Source: an uncultured virus (IMG/VR IMGVR_UViG_3300034159_000040) (lineage: Duplodnaviria; Heunggongvirae; Uroviricota; Caudoviricetes). From it: a stretch of 64,000 nucleotides of DNA. The stretch is from IMG/VR virus record IMGVR_UViG_3300034159_000040; one strand, given 5' to 3'. Shown here piece by piece: positions 20,721-31,400 of the stretch. The position numbers were made by a program, and so were the translations under genes. Within the stretch, counting starts at the first letter, position 1. Each line of letters begins with the position of its first letter. Under the pieces are notes generated by a model, which made no database searches, was not told where the DNA came from, and saw only the letters and a program-made list of their open reading frames with translations.

Positions 20721-21175
20721 AAGTCATCGCCACCACCACCCTCGCCGTCGCCACTTGGACGCCCGCCTGGTCCGCAGTCATCGCCGTCGGGTCCGACCTC
20801 TACGGCCTGTCGGCGACCGGCCTGGAGCGCCTCGCCGGGCCGATCGAGGCCACGGCCACGCCTTACGTCGAGTCCGGCAAGCTCAACCTGGCGCCGGGCC
20901 ACTCGGTCAACGTCCCGCGCGCCTATGCCCTGGTGCAGTCCAGCGGCCCGCTGGAGCTTACGGCGACCCCGGACGTGCAAGGGCGTGAGGTGACGGTCAA
21001 AACGCGCCTACCGGCCCGCCCAGGGGCTCAGGAGCGCGAGCGCACGGTGTCCCTGCCGCGCGGGCCGGAAGGGGTCGCCTGGAAGTTCCGGTTGGGCTCG
21101 CCGGCGGGGGCCGTCGCCCCGTGGTCGGTGTCGTCGCTCAGCGTGTTGCCGGCGCGGGTGCGGCCGGTACGGTGA
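20717..21175 (+). CDS. hypothetical tail-region protein
   Basis: TTGA coupling; high GC3. Confidence 0.6.
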   Translation: MKVIATTTLAVATWTPAWSAVIAVGSDLYGLSATGLERLAGPIEATATPYVESGKLNLAPGHSVNVPRAYALVQSSGPLELTATPDVQGREVTVKTRLPARPGAQERERTVSLPRGPEGVAWKFRLGSPAGAVAPWSVSSLSVLPARVRPVR

Positions 21176-21178
21176 GGG

Positions 21179-21463
21179 TCAAAGCAGCTTCACCAGGGCC
21201 GCGATGACCGCGGTTTGCGCGATCAACAGGCCCGCGACCCACTTGATCATGTCCGACTGAGATACCGCGATCGCCGCTTTCATGCGGCTTTCCGTGTCGC
21301 GCAGATCGTCGCGCACCATGCGGATATCGCCCTTGGTGGCCAGTTCGGCATTCTCCTGGGCGGCCTTGAAGGCGTTGGCGATGGCTTCCGCCTGCGGCAC
21401 CGGGATGCCAGAGTCGGCGATGGTGCGGATGAACAGGTGGGTGTCGAAAGTAACGGCGCTCAT
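21179..21463 (-). CDS. DUF1640/CCDC90-like coiled-coil membrane protein
   Basis: FDTH.F...L..SG....QAEA..LATKGDI..MIKWVAGLLIAQ signature; counter-oriented to the operon. Confidence 0.8.
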   Translation of the reverse strand: MSAVTFDTHLFIRTIADSGIPVPQAEAIANAFKAAQENAELATKGDIRMVRDDLRDTESRMKAAIAVSQSDMIKWVAGLLIAQTAVIAALVKLL

Positions 21464-21545
21464 AGTTGTATCAATATCCAAAAATTCGCATAGATTCATG
21501 CGGATAGTCGTAGTTTAACACAGTGAAACCCGAAGGCTCTCGATC

Positions 21546-24500
21546 ATGGCAACGCCAAAGGTGAAGAAGGTCCAGGTCAAGGCTCACGTCCGCACCGTAC
21601 CTTTGCGCGCTAAGCCCAAGGCACCGCCATCCCCCGCAGCCGCCTTCGGGATGCCGATGCCCGGCCAGATGCCCGAGCAGACCCCCGGCTACCGCGGCGG
21701 CGGCCAGGTCGACCCCCTGGCGAACCCGACCCTGCGCGACACCAGCCACGACGATGTGGCCTGGCGCAACACCCCGGGCGCGACCTCGCTGGAGCAGTAC
21801 CAGGCGCAGCAGGTCCAGCGCGGCGCGCAGTCCTTCAACGATGACCTGCGGCGCACCGCCGGATCAAACCTGACGACCGGCCAGGCCCAGGACCGCGCCA
21901 ACCAGTACGCCGGGATTCAGGCCGACGCCATGGCATTGGGGAAGGTGGCCCCGGCCGCTCAGGTAGCCCAGGCCAAGCCCGCGGTCGACCCCGCGCAAGA
22001 CCAGGCCGCGGCGGCAGCGGGAGACCTCCAGGCCCAGCCCGCGGCGGCGGCACCCCTGACGGCGCCCAAGCCGCCCCAGCCGACCACCTTCGGGATCGGG
22101 CTCGACTATGGCTCATGGACCTCGCTTCCGGGCGATGCGACAGTCAGTGGCAGCAACCGCGACCAGCTACTTGGCCCCGACCCCAAACTGTTTGCCCGCG
22201 GCGGACCCATCGTCGGCGGCATTCCCGGCCGCGATACGGTCGACATCAAGGCCCAGCAGGGCGAGTACGAACTGCCCGTCCCCACGGTGCGCGCCGTCGG
22301 CAAGCCCGCGCTCGATCAGTTGGTGCGCGACACCACCGGGCAGGAGCCCGGACCGCAGCCCATTACTCAGGACGGGCGCCCGTTGCCACGGGGCAACACG
22401 AAGCGCCCGGCGCAAGTCGGGCGGCACCCGGCCGCCGCCTTCGAGCGGGGCGGTCGGGCCGACCCCTTAATCCCCATCGCCCTGGCCGCCGCCCCCGCGG
22501 CGGCGCTGGCCGCCCAACCCTATGCCGCCGCGGCCGGCCGCGCCCTGGCCTACCCCTACACCGAGAACCAGGTCGTCAACCGGGTGCCGAAGCCCAACGC
22601 CTCCACGCTGATGGATGGACGCCAACCCGCCTCACCATCGGCGGTGACGCACGCATCGAGGGCAATGGCGCCCGCGGAACTCGACGCGATCCGCCGCACC
22701 GGGTTTGCGACCCCGCCGCCTGGGGGGTCAGCGTTCAGCCCCGAGGGCAAGTGGTGGTCGGCGGCGGATGAGCAGGGCCGGTTTGGTCGCGCCTGGAAGG
22801 CCGGGGCGGATGCGCAGACCGTGCGGGCGCCCATCGACGCGGTATCCGCCAACCGCGCCGTGCCCGCGCGGGCGCTGCAAGTGCTGTCGCCTGCGGGTGA
22901 GTGGGGGCCGGTCGGGGCCAACCGTGGGGCCGCCGGCATGACGATGGCCAAGACGGCGCTGGGCCGGGTGGGATCGGCGGCCGGCCGGGCGGCGGCTGTG
23001 GTCGGGGGTTCGCTGGCGACCGGGGTTGGCCTGGCCCTGACGCCTTCCAACCGCATCGCCACGGACGACCAGGAACAGGCGCAGATGCCCGGCGGGAGGT
23101 ATCCGGCCGCCGCGTTTGGGCAGGGCGGTCCGGTGCAGGACGAGGCGTATTTCCACCAGAACTTCAATACCGCGCTGACGCCTGCCGAACAGGCTCAGTA
23201 TCAATCGTGGGCGGCAACGCAGGCCCAGGCCAAGGGCCGCCCCGTGGGGTCGGACGACACCTACGACTACGACAACCAAGGGTACTGGAAGGGCAACGTC
23301 GCCACGGGACAGCCAACGGTCGACCCAAGCGGGCGCGGTCACACGTCCGATCAGTACAAGAAGCCGAACCACCCCACCTTCAGCGATCAAAGCATCTACA
23401 GCGGGACACCCAACCCCGGCGGCGGTACCTATCAGGGAGGGACATGGGCGCCTGACGCATCGACCTACACGCCCAGCCAGTCCATGCTCGATTCGACCCA
23501 CGAGCCGGGGCGCCTGCAACGCTACATGGATCGAGCCGAACCCAATACCCGCGTGGTCCTGCCGCCCGGAACGCCGCAGAAGTATGGGCCAGGTTACGCC
23601 CAGGGTGGGGCAGTCGAGCGGGCCGCGCAGGCGCTCACCAACCGCCGGCAGTACATCGACAGCGTGGTGGCTCAGGCCGAAAGCGGAACCTCGACGCCAC
23701 CCCTGACCCCGGCCGGCTACAGCATGCCCCCGGCGCCCGTGCCGACCCCGGCGCCCGTTGCTGGCCCTCCTGCCCCGCGCGCCAACCCGACTCCGGCCAG
23801 TGCGAGCAATGCCGAGTGGATGCGGGCGCATGGGTTTGCAGGAGGAGGGGAGGTGCCGGGGTTTGCGGGGGGCGGGTCGACAGCGATGACGCCCGCTGAG
23901 ATTGCGGATTACAAGTGGGCGAAGAACGTGCAAGGAACTCCCAATGTTAAGTTTCTAGATTACCAGCCGTTACCGCTGGCATCTATTGGCGTGGGTCGGG
24001 CGCGAGCTGACGCCCTAGTGGATATTCCGGCGAAACTTCCCGATCAAGATCAGCGAGTGGCTGACTGGACTTCGGCGCCCGTGGTGTCGACCATGCCGGC
24101 GGTACCGGCGGTCGCGTCAGCCCCGCCACCGGCCGCACCAGTTGAGCATTGGTGGACCCCGAAGCCGATCGGCAACGCCCTGTACGACCGTAAGCAAGCG
24201 GCCAAGGATCAAGCCGCAGACCGCGGCAACGCCTACGGCGGTACCGGCGCCTCACCGGCGCTTCAAGCGGCCGTCCAGAGTGTCCCAGGGCAACTGGATA
24301 ACGCCCTCTTTGGCGTCCCGAGCGGGATCGGGGGCGCGGTTGCTGCTGCGCCCGCCGCGGCGGCGCAGGCGATCGAAAACACGCCGATGGTCCAGCAGGA
24401 TCGCGCCATGCAGGCGCGGATCGAAGCGCAGAACCGGGAGAATCTCGGTCCCGGAAACCCGTTCGTGGGGTTGGGTCGCCAGCGCCCCGCGCGTCTGTCC

Positions 24501-25472
24501 AAAGAGGCGCAGGCGGCGCTCGACGTGCGCCCTGATGCGCCTAAGCCTGCCGCCGCCTTCGGCCAGCCGGCCGCGACTGCAACCCAGGAAAACTCCCTAG
24601 CCTCCGAGGACGCCTACCAGCGCCAGATCGAAGCGGCCGGCGGCCGGCGCCTTGCCGGCGGTGGATGGGAGATGCCCGCCAATGCGGCCGTCACGCCCCA
24701 AGGACTCGACCGCCAGATCCGGGCCAACGGCGGTACCACGATGACCGCGGCGCAAGCCTTTACCCCCGAGCGGGTTGCCGCCGCGCGCGCCGATGCCCAG
24801 GCCCACCCCAACAAACCAGACTCCTACGGCGGCTACGACGTGTCCCAGATGGGACCGGCAGAGTACGGCGCGCTCCAGCAACAGATGGCCGCCGAAGCCC
24901 AGGACCTCGCCGGGGCCAAAGCCTACTATGCCATGCCACCCGACGAGCGCGGGCCGGCGCCCGCGAGCGTGCAGCGGGCGATGGCCCCTGGGGTCAGCCC
25001 GTCGGCGGCGTTCGGGATGAAGGCAGAGGAGCGGGCGCGGGGATCGGCGGCGGCGACGCAGAAGCTGCAGGCGGACTTGCTGGGCGAGCAGATCAAGGCG
25101 GGCGGGACGGCTGCGAAGGATTCTGGGATTGCCAAGCGGGCCGAGAACAAGCAGTTCACCTCCACGTTCGATTCGCTGACCAAGGGTGTTGCCGGCGGCG
25201 AGCCAGGAGTTGAGGGCGAGCATCGCGACGCGGCTATTTCAACGCTGGGGGCGCTTGAGGCTGCCGGGTACGGACTGGACGTAGACGCCAAGACGAAGGC
25301 CGCGATGGCGGCCGGGTATGCCAGGACCAGAAGCAAGATCATGGCGCAGGCACAAGCCGAGGCATTGAAGCAAGGACTGGTGGGTCCCGCCGCCGATGCT
25401 TATCTCGCGGACGCCGCCAAGCGGGCAGACGTTCAAGCGCGGGCGCAGTTCAAACCGTTGATGGGAGGCTAG
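21546..25472 (+). CDS. large modular internal virion / ejection-like protein (1308 aa)
   Basis: Long ORF before the giant gene; Ala/Pro-rich linkers; D.YDY..GYW..KKPNHPTFS..S.YS domain; repeated [YF]xxGG motifs. Confidence 0.7.
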   Translation: MATPKVKKVQVKAHVRTVPLRAKPKAPPSPAAAFGMPMPGQMPEQTPGYRGGGQVDPLANPTLRDTSHDDVAWRNTPGATSLEQYQAQQVQRGAQSFNDDLRRTAGSNLTTGQAQDRANQYAGIQADAMALGKVAPAAQVAQAKPAVDPAQDQAAAAAGDLQAQPAAAAPLTAPKPPQPTTFGIGLDYGSWTSLPGDATVSGSNRDQLLGPDPKLFARGGPIVGGIPGRDTVDIKAQQGEYELPVPTVRAVGKPALDQLVRDTTGQEPGPQPITQDGRPLPRGNTKRPAQVGRHPAAAFERGGRADPLIPIALAAAPAAALAAQPYAAAAGRALAYPYTENQVVNRVPKPNASTLMDGRQPASPSAVTHASRAMAPAELDAIRRTGFATPPPGGSAFSPEGKWWSAADEQGRFGRAWKAGADAQTVRAPIDAVSANRAVPARALQVLSPAGEWGPVGANRGAAGMTMAKTALGRVGSAAGRAAAVVGGSLATGVGLALTPSNRIATDDQEQAQMPGGRYPAAAFGQGGPVQDEAYFHQNFNTALTPAEQAQYQSWAATQAQAKGRPVGSDDTYDYDNQGYWKGNVATGQPTVDPSGRGHTSDQYKKPNHPTFSDQSIYSGTPNPGGGTYQGGTWAPDASTYTPSQSMLDSTHEPGRLQRYMDRAEPNTRVVLPPGTPQKYGPGYAQGGAVERAAQALTNRRQYIDSVVAQAESGTSTPPLTPAGYSMPPAPVPTPAPVAGPPAPRANPTPASASNAEWMRAHGFAGGGEVPGFAGGGSTAMTPAEIADYKWAKNVQGTPNVKFLDYQPLPLASIGVGRARADALVDIPAKLPDQDQRVADWTSAPVVSTMPAVPAVASAPPPAAPVEHWWTPKPIGNALYDRKQAAKDQAADRGNAYGGTGASPALQAAVQSVPGQLDNALFGVPSGIGGAVAAAPAAAAQAIENTPMVQQDRAMQARIEAQNRENLGPGNPFVGLGRQRPARLSKEAQAALDVRPDAPKPAAAFGQPAATATQENSLASEDAYQRQIEAAGGRRLAGGGWEMPANAAVTPQGLDRQIRANGGTTMTAAQAFTPERVAAARADAQAHPNKPDSYGGYDVSQMGPAEYGALQQQMAAEAQDLAGAKAYYAMPPDERGPAPASVQRAMAPGVSPSAAFGMKAEERARGSAAATQKLQADLLGEQIKAGGTAAKDSGIAKRAENKQFTSTFDSLTKGVAGGEPGVEGEHRDAAISTLGALEAAGYGLDVDAKTKAAMAAGYARTRSKIMAQAQAEALKQGLVGPAADAYLADAAKRADVQARAQFKPLMGG

Positions 25473-25473
25473 G

Positions 25474-28400
25474 ATGGGCGATCAAGGGCCTTCCGCGTTC
25501 GACGTTTGGCAGCAGACCGGAATCATCCCGCCCGCCCCGGCGGCACCTAAACCCCAGGCGTCGGCGGCTTCCGCCTTCGGGCTGATGCCCGCGCTTGATG
25601 TACCGGCGGCCCCAGCGTTTGGGATGCCCCCGCCTGTGGTCCCGCCTGTGGTCCCGCCCGCGCAACCTTTCACGGCCCCCGCCCCGCCGCCCCCTGCCCC
25701 GAGCAAGCCCGCGCTGTCCGCTTTCGACCAATGGCAGCAAACCGGCGTCATCCCCCCTGCGTCCACGGCCGCCGCGCCAACGCCAGCACCCGCACCGACC
25801 GCGTTTGAACCTCCCGCCGCCGCACCCCCGATCGCAGCAACCCCCGATCGGGCCGCCGACCCCTATGCCTTCCGTCCCGGTGAGGCCCCGGATCAGTACG
25901 TCAAGCGCCAGCAGATCGCCAACATGGGCGACGTAGAAGCCGGGCTTCGCGGCGGCCTGGAGTCGGTCAAGAGCCTGGGCTATGGCGCCCTCGCGGCTGG
26001 AGCAGATGCGGTCGGCGCAGACAGGGTGAAGGGTTGGGCGTTGCAGGGCTACCGCGACACCGAGAAAGCGGCGGCGCCCTACCAAGAGGGTCGCCCGGCG
26101 AGTCTGGAGGACATCAAACTCGGGGAGTCCGGCGGGATCGGGCGGGCGGTCGACTGGGCACAGTACCAGTTTGGCAACGTCCTCCCGTCGATTGCCGAGA
26201 CCGTCGTCGCCGGCGCGATTGGTGCCGCGGTGGGTTCGTCGGTACCGGGTGCGGGAACCGCGGTCGGGACGGTGGCGAGCGCGGCCGGCAAAGGGTTGGC
26301 GAAAGACTGGATCAAGGGCCAGGTGGCAAAGTACGTCGCGGCCGACGTGGCGAAGGGCGTAGCCGCCGACGTGGCGCAGCAAGCCGCGCACAAGGCGGTG
26401 GCGGGTCAGATTGGCACCCGGCTGGGCATGCTGGCGTCTGGCTACCAGATGGGCCTGGGTGACGTGTACAGCGAGACCCTGAACGCCGACCAGACCGACG
26501 GCAACGCCGGGATCGCGTTCGTCGCGGCGTTGCCCTACGCGGTGTTGGATGCGGTAACGGAAATCGGCATCCTTGACCGGATCGGAAAAGGCGTGGGTGC
26601 CGACAGCCTGACCAAGTTCGCCGGCGCGATCTTCAAGGAAGCCGGCACCACGGCGCTGAAGGAAGGCGTGACCGAGGCCGCGCAAGAGGCGGTCCTGTTG
26701 GCGGCTGGGATCGCGGAAGGAAAGACCTACACCAGCGACGAGGTACTGTCGCGGTTGGGCAACGCGGGCGCGGCGGGCGCGGTGGCCGGCGGCGGTATGG
26801 GTGGCATCAGCGGGCTTGCGCGCGGGATGCAACAGACGCCTGAACAGATCGCCGCGGCGGGCGCGCAGCAGATCCAGGCTGAACCCGATCCGGCGAAACG
26901 CGAAGCGTTGAGGCAGGCGGCGGTTACGGCAGCAGCGGCGGCGATGGGGCAGGGCGGAAAGCCGCCGGCGGCAGCGCCCACACCCCCCTCCGTCAACCCC
27001 AACGCCGGCCCCCTGACAAATGCCGCCGACCTCGCTATTGCCACCGGAGCTACCAATGTCGCGGCGCAATCAGACCAAACGCAAAGCACGTCGCCGGTTT
27101 CAACTGCAACGCCGCTGGGCGGGGGCGGAAATCTTACGGATGCGGCGGCAGTACCGGGAAACATTCAATCGGGGGCGCAAGGAATACCTGGATCGACAGA
27201 TGCGGTCGGGAATCCCGCCGATAGAGGTACGACTCAAGCACCTGCTGGTGTGACCGGAGCGCCAACTGGCGAGCCACCGCCCGGGCCCCAACCACCCACC
27301 ACCCCGCCGGTATTGCCCGCTCCAGCAGACCCCGCAACCACCTCGACGGCCGAGCAGATCAAAGCCGGCATGGCCGCGCTCGCCCAGGGCGCTGGCTACG
27401 CCGGGCAACTGCGCACCGCCGAGCTGGTCGCCAAGCACGGCGAAACCCCCCTGGCAAAGCCCGAATCGATCGCGGCGGCCAAGGCTAGTCCGCTCTATCA
27501 CGTCCGCGACAACCCCGACGGCACCGCCTCGATTATTGGCGCGGTGCATCCCGACACCGGGCAGTGGGTCGGTGTCGCCCCGCCTGGAGCCCCCAATGTC
27601 GCCATTCCGCCTGCGCCGTTTGTATCCGGAAACGAAACTGGAGCAACTCAACAGCCGCCTGGGGCTGATGTGGGGGTACCGGGATCTGGTGCTCGGGAAA
27701 CACTGGATGGCGCAGGAGCGACGCCGGCGCCAGGCGCGCCATTGGCTGTACCGCAACCGCCAGGTGCACCGGCGCCTGAACTTCGACCGGCCGACTTGGC
27801 AGCAACGCCTGAAGGGCCGCCTGTGGCCCCCACACCGGCCGCACAGCCGCCCGTAGACCTTGCCCCTACGCCGACCCCTCCCGCGACCGCGGCGCCCGTA
27901 GCGGCCGCCCCGGAAACCGTCGATCCATTTAAGCCAATTATTGAGAAGATCAAGGACGGGTCTGCGTCGTTAGAGGAAGCCAAGGCGCTGGATGCGGAGT
28001 TCGTTAAACGTGCCTATTCCATCATCAATGATCCGAATGTAGTTATTCGGAGGCTTAATAGCGAGCCACTTACGGCACACGAGCAATGGGCTTATGACTT
28101 TTTGAAAAGCAAGGAGCGGAAGCTAACCCCAGCACAAGGGGAGCTATTGGATAAACTATTCTGGCCCCAGAATCTATCATCCACCCCGGAGACCCCAGCC
28201 AATGGCCCAGAAAGACCCCCGCAAGCCGACCAAACCGAGCAAGGGGCGCCCCCCGCCGTTCCCGCCGGAACGCAGCGCCAAGCAGCAGGGGCGCCCGAAC
28301 CGCAAGGAGCGGCGGGAGCCGACGGGCGCCTGGAAGGGGCCGCTGTTCCTGTAGCGCCCACGCATGAGGCGGCCGACGGCGCCCCGTTGTGGGCGACCGC

Positions 28401-31400
28401 TACGCCGGGCCTGTATCTGGATGCCGACGGCATCGAGACCGCGGATCGCTATGCGACCCCGGTAACCACCACCCCAACCGGAGCACCACCCAATGGCCAA
28501 GCCACCCACACCACCGCCTCCACAGACGCCACGCCAGGAGCGCGGGGAGAAGCCAAGCCGCCAGGACAAGGCGAAGGACCGGGGCAAGGGACCGGATCGG
28601 GACTAGGCCAGACCACCACCCCAGCAACTGGAGATCAGACCAATGTCGAAGCATCACCAACCCCTGAAAGCCTGCGCCCCGCCGAAGGGCAAGGGCGGCG
28701 CAAAGGGCAAGGGCAAGGGCAAACCGCCGGCCAGAGGGTAGCCCCCACCGCCGCGACCGAGGGGCCGACCGCGGCCCCGATCGCCCGCGAGATCGCCGGC
28801 CAGCCGCGCGCCTACAACCTGGGGCGGGCCGCGGCGCTGGATGGGAAGCCCTCGCCCAAGGTCCCACGCACGGCGTTCGCCCGCGGCTATGCCGATGTGC
28901 AGGCCGAGCAGGCGCGGCGGAAACCTACGGTCCCCACCCCCGCGGCGCCAGTTGGCAAGGAATCCTTGACGACTGCGCCAGCGGCGGGAAAAGCGCCTAA
29001 GAATATGGGCGACTTGGGCGCCGAAGTTCACGCCAATAGATTCGTCAAAAAACTGCATGATGCGGGTATTTCGGCAGCGCGAGTCTGGACCAAAGAAAAG
29101 ATCGGAACCCGAATTTACCTTCCGGGTAACTCCGGTTACATGACGATTAGCGACGATGGCACGCTATCGGATAGTGACCGCAGCAAGGTAGCTTATGAGC
29201 CAAATCAACTTTACCCGAAACAGCGACAAGCCATCGCGAAGGCGGTAAAGGAATACCGAAAGGAATCGACTGCGCTCGGCGACGAGATATTCGCACGCAA
29301 CGAATCGACCTACACCGCGGCAACTGACAAGGAATCCTTACCAGTTGGAGCGGACCAGACCCAACCACAGCCGACCTCAACCCCCCAGACCCCAGCCGCG
29401 CCGGTCGAGCCGGGCGCCGTGGTCGAGCCGGCGGCCAAGCCGGATGGAAATGACACCACGGCGATAGTCAATGCCGCCATCGACAGCGAACTTGACGCAC
29501 TCTTTGGCGTAGCCTCCGACGCGGCACCGCCAGCGACCCCCACACCGGGACCCAGCAGAACAGCCGGCCGGGCCGCGGTCAGAGCCGGGGCGAATGTTGG
29601 CAAGGGCCTCAGCGAGATCGCCAGCGGGCTGACTGCCCTCTTTGGTAGCCCCGGCCGACTGGGGTCCGGGTTGACCTTCGATGAAACGTCATACGAAAAG
29701 GCCAAGCCCCTCTTCATCGCTGGAGTCGCCCACTTCAAGGAGGCGGCGACCGATATCTCCGAGATGGTGAAGTTGCTGGTGCGCGCCCTGGTCAAGGACC
29801 ACGGACTACAGCGCGAGACCATCGAGAACATGCGGCCCTACATCCAGCGGTTCGTGCAGGACGTGCAGTCTGGTGCGGTGACGTTGGGCGAGCAGCCGCA
29901 GGAAGAACCGACCGTTGAACCGCCGACCGAGACGCCCGTGGCCACGGGCGAGCAGGAGCCGATCCCGGAACCAACGCCGACACCCGAGCCTCCCCCGACG
30001 ACCGAAGGCCCCGGCGAACAGACCAAGCCCGAGAAGGTCAAGACCCCCAAGAAGACCACGGGCGAAGCTAAGACCCCCAGGGTCAAAAAGACTACTCCAG
30101 CGGACGCGAAGGTTCCCCGCGGGGCCAAGGACCGCGGGGCTGGCACGGTGCTGGTGCGCCCGATGGATGCGATCCGCCGGGCGCTCGCGGCGCTGCGTGC
30201 GACCGACCCCAAGCACTACGTCGAGGCGGCGCTGAAGGCCGCGACGCCGGGGAAGGTGTGGGACCTGCCCGCCGTGCGCGAGGGCGTCACCCCTGGCACC
30301 CTGCGGGCGCAGGAGTGGCTGCGCGGCCAGTTGTTGAGCCCGCTGGAGTACCTTGGCGCCAAGCATGGGGGGGCGCTGGGAAAGTACCGCACCAGCTACG
30401 CCGATGCCATCGTGCGCTGGCTCAATGGTGCGGAGCGCAACAGCGACCGGGAGACGGCGCGGGCCGCCTTCGAGTCCGAGGTCGCCGACTACATCACCAC
30501 CGTTGAGGCCCTGGGGGCGAAACTCTCCGGGGCGGGCAACGTGGCCCAGGTCGCGGCGGCGATGCAGGAGTATTTGACGCCAAACGCAGTCGAGCGCGCC
30601 AAGTTCATGGACATGGACGAAGACGGCCGGGTCGAGGGGCGGTGGGGGCGCACCAAGCTCTTCGACTACACGGTCGCCGAGCAGGCCGATGCCTACGGCA
30701 AGCGCCTGCTGGAGATGCTGCGCGCGCCCCGCGACAAGCGCGGCCACAAGCTCGACCGCATCGATACCTACTTCCTTCAGGAGACCAACGAAAAATCCCC
30801 GTGGTATGGGTTCCTCAAGGGCGAAGCCGACACCGTAACCAAGCTCATCGAGCCCAAGCGGCCGGTGCTCAAAAAGATCGTGCGCGAAGGCTTCAAGGAC
30901 GTGCTTCAGGGCCGCGAGCCGACCTCCGAACTGGTCAAGGCCGAGTTCAACTTTGCGGCGGTGCCGGTTGGTAACTATGTGACCAGCACCAGCGGGGCGG
31001 CGCACCTGACCGGTTCCTTCGAGGGACTGCACGACCTGGCCGAGTTGATCGGCGCTGACCCCAAGACCGACCTGTCCTTCGGCGGGGAGTTGCACTACAG
31101 CATCGGCAAGCTCGGGCGCGGCGGGAAGGCGTCCGCCTTTTTCGCGCCGGCGTGGCCGATCTTCCGGGTCACTGAGGACGGGAAAGAGGCACTAGACGAT
31201 AACGGAATGCCGATCGTTGACGGCCATGTGAAGGCGATCAACATCACCAAGGCGGCCGGGGACGGGTCGGTTGCTCACGAGTGGGGCCACGCCCTGGACG
31301 ATGCCCTTGACGCTACCCCCGAGGGCCGGCGCATGACCGCTTTGGTCAAGGCGGCGCTGATGCACCGCCTGGACCCGGCCCGGCTGGAATCGGTCCTGGA

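Noticed and set aside
29915..30235. Seventh nested +1 ORF in the giant gene
   Set aside because: TTG start, weak SD, and an Arg/Pro shadow composition with no codon-bias switch.
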